In this document: in pieces, positions 39,438 through 64,000 of the stretch
How positions within the stretch are numbered: the stretch's first letter is position 1
Layout: every line of letters starts with the position of its first letter
NCBI GenBank assembly: GCA_040954595.2
Contig: CM082592.2
Span: 2,419,362-2,483,361, forward strand
Direction: 5' to 3'
From: Balanoglossus misakiensis
Taxonomy: Eukaryota > Animalia > Hemichordata
Length of the DNA stretch: 64,000 nt
Notes under the pieces: generated by a model
The model's input: the letters and a program-made list of their open reading frames with translations, nothing else
Database searches by the model: none
Told to the model about the DNA's origin: nothing
Position numbers and translations under genes: made by a program

Positions 39438-39852
39438 AATTAGGCCATGTTGTCTTCTTTAATCAATACATGCCAATTTTCACAATTAGAGACATAAAAC
39501 CAGAGTTACCAACCAAATTTGATGAAAAGTTGGATTTATAGATATTATCTCAGACAAAAAATTGACTGTTTTGAAAGATATATTGTCAATTAATGATTTG
39601 CGTATTCAATAAAGCTTCGCACTTATGAATACATGTCCATAGCTAGTGTACCAAGGAAGACTGTTTTGAGAGGTCGTCGTCATTGCAATCGGTAGTTTAT
39701 ATAATGAGTCGAATTTACATGGACCTCTCGACTGTCAGTATATTTACAAGAAGTAATCTGACATGCGAACAATCAGTAGTTTAATATTAAGCAAAGACCA
39801 ATCTCAGTTGTTATTGGTACAGATGAATTGTGTTGTCCTGCTATAATTGACT

Positions 39853-42644
39853 TTATCGGTCTCTGCCATCCCTATTCAATAGTGTCACGGTTTCCAAATT
39901 TCTCTTGGAATTATTGAGAATACAGTTGGACCTGAAATAAAACAAGAATAGCATTAGGAACAGTAAGCTGATAAGAGCCTTCGGAAATCATGATAATATG
40001 AACATTCTCATATGATTGATACTCACGATTTCATGGTTTCCAGATCTTGTATCGTTTCTGGTAATTTTTTCTTAAACGTTTCTGGCAGAAGTAATACGAG
40101 AAGACCCGATGTGATGGCTATGCTGCCGACAACGATGTACGTGCAAATGTAACATCTATATTTTAATAATATGATATACGGTGCAACTATGCCAGAGAAT
40201 CCGTGCCAAAGATTGATCAGTCCCATCCCAGTATTTCTGAAACGAAATGTGACTTCGCTGAGGTAAGAATGCAGATGTATTTGTCGCAGTTGCTGGCAGT
40301 TAGTAAACATTGGAATGAATCATGTTTAAAGAAACGCTTGATGTCAAAATTTGTATGAAGATGAAGTTCAGTGACGTCTGATGTTGATGTTAACTCTTAG
40401 ACTTCAAACCTCGCCCAACATAGCATGTAAAAAATAATAGTTTTTCTACTATACGTTTCGCTTCAAGTCATTGCACATGGGAAAAGGATAACTACGTAAA
40501 ATCCCGGTGTAAAATACTTTACCGCATGAAACTATCAACACTTTTCCTCGAAGATATATATCGAAGATTGACAGCTTATTTTCGCAATAACCCTTTTATG
40601 TTAGCATTCATACCTATACAAATTACAAATCACAAAGGGTCTGTGTTCCAAACAGATTTGTGACATTCGTCATGATAGTTTTGTATCTCATTTCACGTTC
40701 AGTCAATAACAGAACGGAGATGCGGTTTGCATTTGTCAAATATAAGTCATTTTGATTAACATTCAGTTAAAGTAGTTTTGGTTACGGATAGATACTAACA
40801 TCATCGATGATTTTAGACACGAGTGAAATCACCACAGGTAACTTTTATTGAACCTTACAACATGTACTTATTTCTGCTTCAAGAAAACAACAACAGGATA
40901 TGGGACATGTACCTTAAGGGAGTGGGAAGCACCTCATTGGCTGTGACAACAGCCATAACACCTGCAGCAGATGAGCCAAATTTTGCCAGTACCAGAAGCA
41001 ACAACTTCAACCATTCAGTGTCTGCAGAAAATTGTATTAAATCATCAAGTGGAAGAAACGAGGCTTTTAATTTGATTTAGTTAAGTTCTCCACATCATTT
41101 GTATCTAATAGTAATAACTGCCTACTGGTAGTTTGTTGTTTCAGGCTTCCAAGCAGTGAGTGGGCTGTGACTCGACCAGTATGTTTTCCTGGGTTGGTTC
41201 AATCAGCCATTCGAATCAGCGACATTGTACATGTAGTTAATACCCGGCCGGACTGTAACCCAACAGCTTAACCCGTACTATATGCTTCCGTTCGTGTAAA
41301 ATTGTGGAGGGGTTAACATTTCTGGTAGCGGAAACAAGCTGTCACCTCTAAATCTCCCAAGATTTTCGAACTTATACGTAATTTGTCATGAATATGTGCA
41401 TCATTATCAATGCCGACTTCTCAGGAGTCAGATCCCCTTGTGATGTGATATATCTTGCCACAGCTCACACATGCGCACAAATGTTTGATGTCGAATCATT
41501 CCCAGGTGTGTTTTGGCAGAACCAAGAACAGAGAACACAAATAAGAAAATCCCAATTTGGTCGAAATCAATATCATAACGTAATGTTTTTAAATAATACC
41601 TACCAGTAATAAAACCCGAAGTTATCCATGAAACACCGGAGATAACCATAGCGATTGAAAGTTGCCATCGACGAGAAAAGAAATGGAGTGTAAACAAAAC
41701 GAAGATTATGGCGGGCAAGTCAGCCAATGTTATCAGGAAGTAGAGCAGATATGGATTCTCTGAAAAGTAATCCGCATTCAACGCCAGACCATAATACATC
41801 AGTAAGTCGGCAAACCTGTGGGCCAATGAAAATTAAGATACAAGTATGGCGGATGAATATCATGTTGTGCAACAAAAGTAGCCAAAGAAGTGATAGACGG
41901 CCAGTTATAGAAAACGACAAGACACAATTCTCCCCCCCCCCCCCTTCACACACACACACCTTTATACACACTTTCATGGCGTCCCTTGATCCGCTATTGG
42001 TGCATTTTACACTCTGTTCAATGATTCCCTTCAGTGTTATAACTAAAAAGAGTTTCTCTGTGTTAACTCCTGAACTGTATTATGACATTCACGCCTGATA
42101 AGGTGTACTAAGCGACTACAATCCGCATAGAACAAATAGCAATAAAGCACACCATAGTCATCAAAGTGTAAACTTTTGCCTCTGTCTTATGATAATTTTG
42201 TTGTCAATTGCTGAGCTTCCAAAAACGTTGCATGCAGCAATGCACGGTCACATTGGAAAAATGATACAGATTTCATGCAAATACCACCAATTTCGCAGTT
42301 TACTACTGTGAGTTGTTTTTACCTAAAGTAAAAATTTTGACCCAGTCAAATTATTGTTTGCATTATTTTCATCATTTACTTTTCAAACCAAGATTGCCCC
42401 CCATTTAAACAACGTTACTAGTGGGCCATACACAAATGTATCATTAAACTCTGAGTGTTGCCTGTTCGTTTAAATGCGGTATCGACTAGTATCGACTATG
42501 AAAAGGCACATTAAATTCAACCGAAAACAAAATCTGCAACGATCTTTGGATTTCTTACCCGTTGTAACATAAGTTGATGACCCATGCACGGAGTCCAGGT
42601 GTTTGGAATATGTCAACCAGTGGCCGGTTCTGTTTACCCCGTTC
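39853..42644 (-). CDS. 3' half (5 exons) of an SLC22/organic cation transporter-like MFS protein
   Basis: Exons 42644-42559, 41815-41604, 41021-40913, 40236-40027 and 39931-39853 join in frame. Motifs DIFQTPGLR, YYGLALN, NPYL, AKFG, EVLPTPLRNTGMG, APYI and LLLPETFKKKLPETIQD are SLC22 hallmarks. No upstream exons recognised in the window. Confidence 0.9.
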
Positions 42645-42837
42645 CTGTAAAGCGGTAACAAGATTTCCGTGTGATCAAAACGACTTCAATTTTGTTTTAT
42701 ACATGTATCTGGATTTTACATTATCACATGTATACATGTAGTTGCTGTATACAAATGCTAATTTTATTCATGGTAATTATGTCAACCCAAGATCAGGCTC
42801 AAGGTTGAGCGACTGCGGTCAGAGAAAATTGAGTTAA

Positions 42838-43678
42838 GGGAACGTTAAGTTTTTACGGCCGGAGGGGGGGGGGGGGGGGCTGCGGCAAAATCCAGGGCAG
42901 AGTGCTTGCCACCCCAAACCCACCGATGATAATATTTAACAAAGTAAATACATAAAGGAGAATAATCGTTTAAGCCATTTTGCATAACTGATATAGTTTC
43001 GCGCTACATCTTCTATATACTAGAAGTTTTATAAATGATGTCATGACGAAGATGACGCCAAATCTTCTAACTTTGAGTGGAGTGGCAAAAAGTTAAATTG
43101 GTCCTCCCAAACATTGAGATAATTTGCTTTTGAGTTCATTAAAATGCAGCTTTCAGCTACATATTTTACAAAATTCTAGTCTAGTGTACCAGGGAAGACT
43201 TCTTGCCACCCCACCCCGATGCTTACTTTGAGTGGAGTGACAAAATTAAAAATTGTCCTCCCTAACATTGAGTTAATTTTCTTTTGAGTTCATTAAAATG
43301 CAACTTTGAGCACCGTGTTTGTGGGAGGGGAACACCCCCTCCCATGCCCACCCCCGCCACTTTTCTTGTTTTACCAATTCTAGCAACTACTGTATTGACT
43401 TGTCATTTTAATTTGTTCATAGATTTCTTTATTGCAACGATATACTATTATACACTTCAATTACTTTAAGAAATTTATAATTGAGGTGTGAGGAGCCTCA
43501 TTCCCTTTAATGCATACAGTGTACATAGGATCAGGACGGCGAATATTTCTGGGTCTGTCAAAGAGGGGGGGGTCATCATTTTTTGGTCCTGGGTGAAGGG
43601 GGGGGGGTCGGCCTGATTTTGAAAACCGATGACACAAAATTGCCCCCCCCCCCCCAGCCGTAAAAACTGAACGGTCCA
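42838..43678 (-). mobile_element. PIF/Harbinger-like non-autonomous element, copy 2
   Basis: TAA|GGGAACGTTAAGTTTTTACGGCC...GCCGTAAAAACTGAACGGTCCA|TTA. Confidence 0.75.
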
Positions 43679-43681
43679 TTA

Positions 43682-43826
43682 CCACACTGAACATATGAGT
43701 TTTAAGTTTTCTTTTGAAAGTTTCCAGGTTTGTAGATTCCCTGATGCCAATAGGTAGTGCGTTCCACAGTTTAGGGGCTGCATATGAGAAGGCACAGCCG
43801 CCATAGGTCTTCTTTTTGTAGTTTGG
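43682..43826 (-). mobile_element. L2/CR1-group LINE 3' fragment
   Basis: Minus strand reads KTYGGCAFSYAAPKLWNALPIGIRESTNLETFKRKLKTHMF. Confidence 0.85.
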
Positions 43827-44009
43827 TGGATGAACGCAGTGTACGAGTGGGAGTGTAAGGCTGGTAGGCAGGATTCAACAACGTTTGGTGCAGTATATTG
43901 CTTTGACATTTCAACCATTGGGAAGCGTTGTTTAGCTGCTATTCTCATCTCTTTCTGTTGTCTGTGTTAGATCAACGAATTGTACACTCCATGCAGAGTT
44001 TGTATGGGT

Positions 44010-44063
44010 TAACCTAGTCCTAGCCGTATTTTGTCCGCTTTGCTTACGGCTAGGACTAGGCTA
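44010..44063. mobile_element. 54-bp mini inverted-repeat element
   Basis: Arms CCTAGTCCTAGCCGTA / TACGGCTAGGACTAGG, flanked by GTATGGGT / GTATGAGT. A partial second copy lies at 24749-24786. Confidence 0.6.
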
Positions 44064-44279
44064 GTATGAGTATATGCTTCACATGGAAACAGCAAAGGGA
44101 CTTGCCTATCTCTTTGGGTCTTCGTTCTTATTAAGCCTGATGACAATTTTATTTCAGACTAATATATAGGTAAGCAACCGAGAACAAGGAGGTTTTATAG
44201 GTTAAAGAGTTTTTACACAATCTGTACAGTTTATTTCTGTCAACTCCAAATATGAGGTTGTTTGCATGCCATGTTACAC

Positions 44280-46081
44280 TAGCCCGGAGACCAGGGCGTC
44301 GATTCTAGAAAGGAGATGACGACTCTGGCGTTGCCGAGGGACATTATGAACGTGTCTTTGGTAATCCAGAACAATGGATGACGCCAAATATTGAACGCAC
44401 ATTTTGCAGACCCGGAAATGCAACAAACTCGCCGCATCACCTACAGTAATCATTTGGCCATAACCTTTCGTTTCGTTGGATTTGAAACGAGTGTTTCAAA
44501 CGGACCTTCCATGTCAGATTCACGGAATGACTGAAGGAGGACAACATGTTTTCGTCTTTCCTGTGTAATTTTATTATTCGCAACAAACTGTAAAGTTGAT
44601 CTGTTTAATGATTGCGCTTCCCTTCCTGTTATTGTTAGATTATATTCTACTGTGACAGTCGTAAAGTAATTCTCTACGCATATCGTTCAGCAAAGTAAAA
44701 TTTTATTTCAAAAGAAAAGACTGAGAATTATATTTATAACCGGACCAATTATATTTCCACATCTCTCATGCAACCTAACATTCACTCAAGTAGGAGACAG
44801 ACAAACATAACTCACACTATTACTAGTATCCCGACTAGTATTCAGTTTATTTAGAAATCTCACTAAGGGACCGTTCAGTTTTTACGGCCGGGGGGCCCGG
44901 CAAGTTTGTGTCATCGGTTTTCAAAATCAGGCCGACCCCCCCCCCTTCACCCTTTGACAGACCCAAAAATATGATGACCCCCCCCCCCCACGCCGAAAAC
45001 ATTCGCCGTCCTGATCCTATGTACACTGTATGCAATAAAGGGAATGAGGCTCCTCACACCTCAATTATAAATTTCTTAATGTAATTGAAGTATATAATAG
45101 TATATCGTTGCAATAAAGAAATCTATGAACAAATGTAAATGACAAGCTTAAGTCAATACAATATTTGTTAGAATTGGTAAAACAAGAAAAGTGGCGGGGG
45201 TGGGTGTGGGAGGTGTTGTTCCCCTCCCACATAAGAAAATTTTGTAAAATATGTAGCGCAAAGTTGCATTTTAATGAACTCAAAAGCAAATTAACTCAAT
45301 GTTAGGGAGGACAAATTTTAATTTTGCCACTCCACTCAAAGTAGGCATCAGGGGTGGGGTGGCAAGAAGTCTGCCCTGGTACACTAGACAAACCAGCAAA
45401 AAATGAAATGTGGCGGAGAATGAAGGGGGTGGGTGTGAAAATTAGAAAATTTTGTAAAATAAGGGGCGCGAAACTGCAATTTTGTGGACTCAAAAGCAAA
45501 AGTTCGGTAGCAAAAGTATGTGACCCCCCCTAAACGTTAAAAAAAACAGATGACCCCCCCCCCCCTTTTGGACTTCAAAATTTAAGTGACCCCCCCTGGA
45601 TTTTGCCGCCCCCCCCCCCTGGCCGTAAAAACTGAACGATCCCTAGAAGCGATAATTTTATTTCGCTTTAAAATGTCTTTTCCAAAGTCGTACGGCTTCT
45701 AATGGTGAAATGTTGTTAGAATTACTGCCTTCTACCACGATTTCACCAGATCAAAAAACTGCAAAACTTCGCGATTACCAGCAGTAGAACAAGAAACGGA
45801 CCCTGATTCCCATAATGGGTCAATGTAAAAACACACTGTCAAAGCACCCTACATGTATGTTATCATGTGTGAAATTCCCGCAACGGGATGTGGGAGTGGT
45901 TTTGAAGGTGTATATCATCCAACCACTGGCGCCCGTCAACATTTGATAGATCACTCGTTATCCATTCGTTACTAAGCGACCCTGATCGTTGCCAGGGCTA
46001 CTATCTTTCAGCTCAGCAGGACATTGCTAGACTGTCACCGGGCGTTGGAATTCTAGAATCGACGCCCTGGTCTCCGGGCTA
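44280..46081. mobile_element. Non-autonomous AcademH-like element with a nested Harbinger-like copy
   Basis: Perfect 31-bp TIR TAGCCCGGAGACCAGGGCGTCGATTCTAGAA and perfect 9-bp TSD ATGTTACAC (44271-44279 / 46082-46090). TAG...CTA termini, short TIR and 9-bp TSD fit AcademH. Confidence 0.8.
44867..45643 (+). mobile_element. PIF/Harbinger-like non-autonomous element, copy 3 (complete)
   Basis: TAA|GGGACCGTTCAGTTTTTACGGCC...GGCCGTAAAAACTGAACGATCCC|TAG. Confidence 0.8.
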
Positions 46082-46346
46082 ATGTTACACCACAGTTGTC
46101 TGTGGTTACACTTGTACGTTACTAGAATAACTGCTAAATTGACATGTTGAGGGCGCTATATACAATGGACGGAACATTCCAAGCTGTTTGCACAGGTGAC
46201 GCTGCATGTGTTGCAGTTGCACATGATTTTCAGCTTCATGTTGATCTCTCCAATACATGCAATACACTGCTTCAAAACCATGGTCTCTTTGCAACAATGT
46301 TATTTGATTGACAATGTCTATAATTGATGGAATGTCTAGAGATGTA

Positions 46347-46514
46347 CAGTGAAACCTGTCATTACGGACACCTCTCTAATAATTAGGACAGATTTTTCAA
46401 GACAAAAATCACTGCAGTGTTTGAATAGAATATTACCTGTCTATCAGGGAAACCTCGATTTTTGAGGACAGATTTTCTGGTCCCAGGGGCGTCCTCAATA
46501 GACAGGTTTCACTG
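46347..46514. mobile_element. Tc1/mariner (pogo/Tigger-type) MITE
   Basis: TA|CAGTGAAACCTGTC...GACAGGTTTCACTG|TA. Confidence 0.85.
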
Positions 46515-47093
46515 TACATGACTTTAATTTGTTTATGATTCTAATGATTCTTTGAACGCATGTTTCGTTTTCTACATGTACTTCAATCCTGTTGTTCTGC
46601 ATTGTTGACATATAGTCTGGTTTACTAAATAAACTAGGCAGTTAAACCGGACAGCAGTATTTTGAACAATTATCACTGTTTGTTTTCATGATTGGAATTT
46701 TTTATGGTTATTCCTAGTAAAATATTCCCTATGTTGCTTGTAACCACAAGTAACCTCTCAACTCGCCATCTACTAAATGTGTAGCCAGGTTGATAATTTA
46801 TTTATTTATCACTTGATATTTATTTATTTATCACTGCTGGCTCCTTCATTGTGACCCAGTTTTGTATCACGTGCTACATAATATCAAAGTCCAACCTTCT
46901 CTGCTGGCTTGAAGCCTGCTTCGTCGCGCACCGCTTCACCACATCACTCCTACTGGCATATGTGGATCTGGTTATGAAGTCCTGTATCTGACTGAGTAAG
47001 CTAAGTTTACCATTATCATGAAATCCCATTTGGGGCCCAATTCACTGTTTGGTTGGATTCAACTCAGCTCGTGTACAGGTCTGTGTGTACCTA

Positions 47094-47190
47094 TAGCCTG
47101 GTCCCATACCAGTGTGTTTTAGATATATAGAAATTCACACACTGTGTGTAAGTCTATATCTAAAACACACTGGGTATGGTGACCAGGCTA
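47094..47190. mobile_element. 97-bp palindromic element with TAG...CTA termini
   Basis: TAGCCTGGTC...GACCAGGCTA with near-complete self-complementarity. Related 44-bp tandem-duplicated fragments lie at 47288-47375. No TSD seen. Confidence 0.6.
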
Positions 47191-48254
47191 CGTCAGAGTC
47201 AAAACCATGTGGTGGCCTCGTTGCCATGACATCTCATTTTGAATTCTATTGACTTGCAGATCTAAAAAATGGAAGATAGTTGACTCTGTGGCCAGACGGC
47301 CCTTGTGTGTGAGTCTATCTAAACACACTGGTGGCCAGACGGCCCTTGTGTGTGAGTCTATCTAAACACACTGGGTGTAACCAACTAGGCTATAAAAATA
47401 TGCACAGAATTACACTTCAGTTTTTGTAGCCCAGAATTTTCAGTTCAATTCAGTTCAGTTCATGTCATGTAGTTAGTCCAAACAAATGAACAGAATGTTG
47501 TTGTCTTTTTGGGGGTCCAGATTGAAAAGGAAATGGCTAAATAAACACCGTCAAGTTGACTTTTACTGTCCTGCGCATGCACGGCTCGACGTTGGGTGAG
47601 TACGATTCCCGGTGATGGGACCCTTGACCTTAGTGAGGGGGTCAGTACTGTGGACTGACTGACCTACCTGCAGAGTCTGACCTGACAATACGGTGTTGGT
47701 CAGACTTCTTTAGGTAGGTTAAAATTATATATGCTAGCTGGACTCTGTGTGGAGAATGAACGTATCTGTCAAGGAACTCCTAAATCCATAGCTACATGTA
47801 TAGCATTTCACAGAAATGTTCACACCACTTTTTCAATACACTACAATGCGCGTGTAAAATTTTACAGGAAGTGTGTCACCGTGGCATTTCGGGTTCAGTT
47901 TTCAGATCTCATATTGGAGATCTCATATTTTTGCGCATCGTGCAAATGTGGTCTAATAAAAGAAAAGATGCCCTGCATGAAAAGCGACATACATATTCAA
48001 TTATATTACCATGGCCTGTGAGTCACATTTTAATTGGTCGAGATGAACGACGTCACTGACCACAAATACTCAGTAGTGGTTTGTTTACATGCCCGTAAAT
48101 CTGAATAGTAATATAAGCATACATTTCAGTGAATACAACATTTTGCGTAACACAAGTTCCGGGGCCCCTAGTCTTTTGCGTAGAACATTTTCGTAAATTT
48201 TGATGGTTTTCTTGAGTTCGTTGGCAATATAATGGAAATAACCGACTCCGCCCC

Positions 48255-48377
48255 GACCATTAACGTTTGATTATGGGCGCAGGCTCGAAGACAGCCAAAA
48301 ATTCATGGGCTTGGAAGCCTCGCCCATGAATTTTTGGCTTTCCTCTCGCCCTTGCCCATAAACAAACGTTAATGGTC
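48255..48377. repeat. Imperfect ~120-bp hairpin (Crypton-like, tentative)
   Basis: gaccattaacgttt...agccaaaaattcatgggc / gcccatgaatttttggct...aaacgttaatggtc. Confidence 0.5.
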
Positions 48378-49533
48378 TATAAAGCATGTCATTACAAATG
48401 TATTACGATTGAATTCTTATTGTTTTAGCGTTTTAGCGTTTTAGCAAAGGTTACCATGGCATCAAAACTCCCAGATGAGAAGAAAATTAGTGGAGGAAGA
48501 ACAAGAGGTAGACACATAATTTTCTATGGTATATTATGCGAAAACAATGGGAAATCAAAAACACACTTAAATTGCAACTTACTCCGATACGAGAAAATCA
48601 ACTACACGGTCCATTATTATCCCAACTGGCGTGTTTTTTTTAATGTGTGTTACAAGCCCAGCGGAAAAAAACACGCTAGTCCGGAATCCAGACTAATTAA
48701 TATGATGTCAGAGTGCTCTTCTATTTATCTAAAGTATTTAAAATCGGAAATTCATATTCATATCAGAGCTAAACGACTTTGAATTTAATTTTATTAAGCA
48801 AAAACACAGATTTTACAATCAACACAGGAAATTTCCCGGTGCTTTTGAACAACCTTCAGATGCAACAGTAACCCACATTTTGACTAAAAAAGACATGTCC
48901 AAGAATTGGTAATCTGTTGGAATATATACATGGGCTGATGTTTTGGAATTTGACCACGCATCTCGTTAAAATATAGACTGAGTCCCCCCCCCCATCCTGG
49001 GGATGGGGGACTGTCTGTCTGTCTACCAGTGTCATCGATCGATCTAAAGAACAGCTTATATCATATATTTTTTAAAACGTGGACAAGTATTGATTGGGGA
49101 TGGCCTGACCTGATTGTATTTTTGTGGGCGTGGTTTGCATATAAATGAACTTTTCTAGACTATTCCTTTTAAATAATAATTATGTACGTAGAGAAACATG
49201 ACAGTGTTAACAAATACAGAGTTAAACTGCACCTACTTTGATGAAACCTGAAATGAATTTAAACATCACAAGGATAGGATGGCACATGATGCTAGTCATG
49301 CCGACTAATTACTAATTTGCATATGAATGAATTAAAAAAAAATTAAAACTATATTTGCGAAACAACAGCACATTACTGCACCAATGTGATAAACTTACCA
49401 GAAATATGATTCACATTTAATTTGGAATGAAATAAGTAACAGATCTATAGATAATTTTATAGTTTATAGATAATAAAACTGATATTCAACTAAACAGTCA
49501 TCTGAAAGTATTCTCCCTCTATCTCTCTGTCTC

Positions 49534-49570
<37 letters not shown>

Positions 49571-49834
49571 TAACTTTTCAAGAGGTGAGTGTATACGCCA
49601 ATTTCATTTGAAATTTACAGTATTACAGTAGATATTCCTGAATAGTCGGAATGTGGATGTGATGAAGTTCAGCCCAAAGTTCAATGAGTTCACTTATACA
49701 TACACATTTTAATAGATTAGTATTTGGGTTTTAAAAAAGATACACAAGGAAATCTCGAAACTCATTGCAAACACTGACAGCTTCCATATCCCTTTTGATG
49801 TCTCGCCAGGGTATTATTTTCACACATATTCATT

Positions 49835-64000
<14,166 letters not shown>

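Overview
AT-rich, intron-containing, repeat-dense animal genomic DNA, most likely from a marine invertebrate (species cannot be determined from the sequence). It is not prokaryotic, so most entries in the ORF track are spurious. Spliced genes reconstructed by hand: a complete 6-exon TMEM220 (+); a short SLC16/MCT-like gene or fragment (+); a tandem pair of disabled genes for an unrecognised secreted Cys-containing protein (-); the last five exons of a TPR-repeat gene (-); and the 3' half of an SLC22-type transporter (-). The window also holds many non-autonomous DNA transposons with readable TIRs and TSDs (Kolobok-, Academ-, Harbinger-, hAT-, Merlin-, pogo- and Crypton-like), several of them nested, plus LINE fragments. 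The most striking feature is the >14 kb 'satellite' at 49.8-64 kb. Of 55 monomers, 54 carry a polypyrimidine tract, a YAG acceptor, a 3-nt or 9-nt slot and a consensus GT donor. This reads as a candidate tandem array of single-codon microexons that is stop-free only in phase 0. Two further tandem arrays at 12.0-15.6 kb are also built from exon-intron-like units. Splicing of these arrays is inferred from sequence only and needs transcript evidence.
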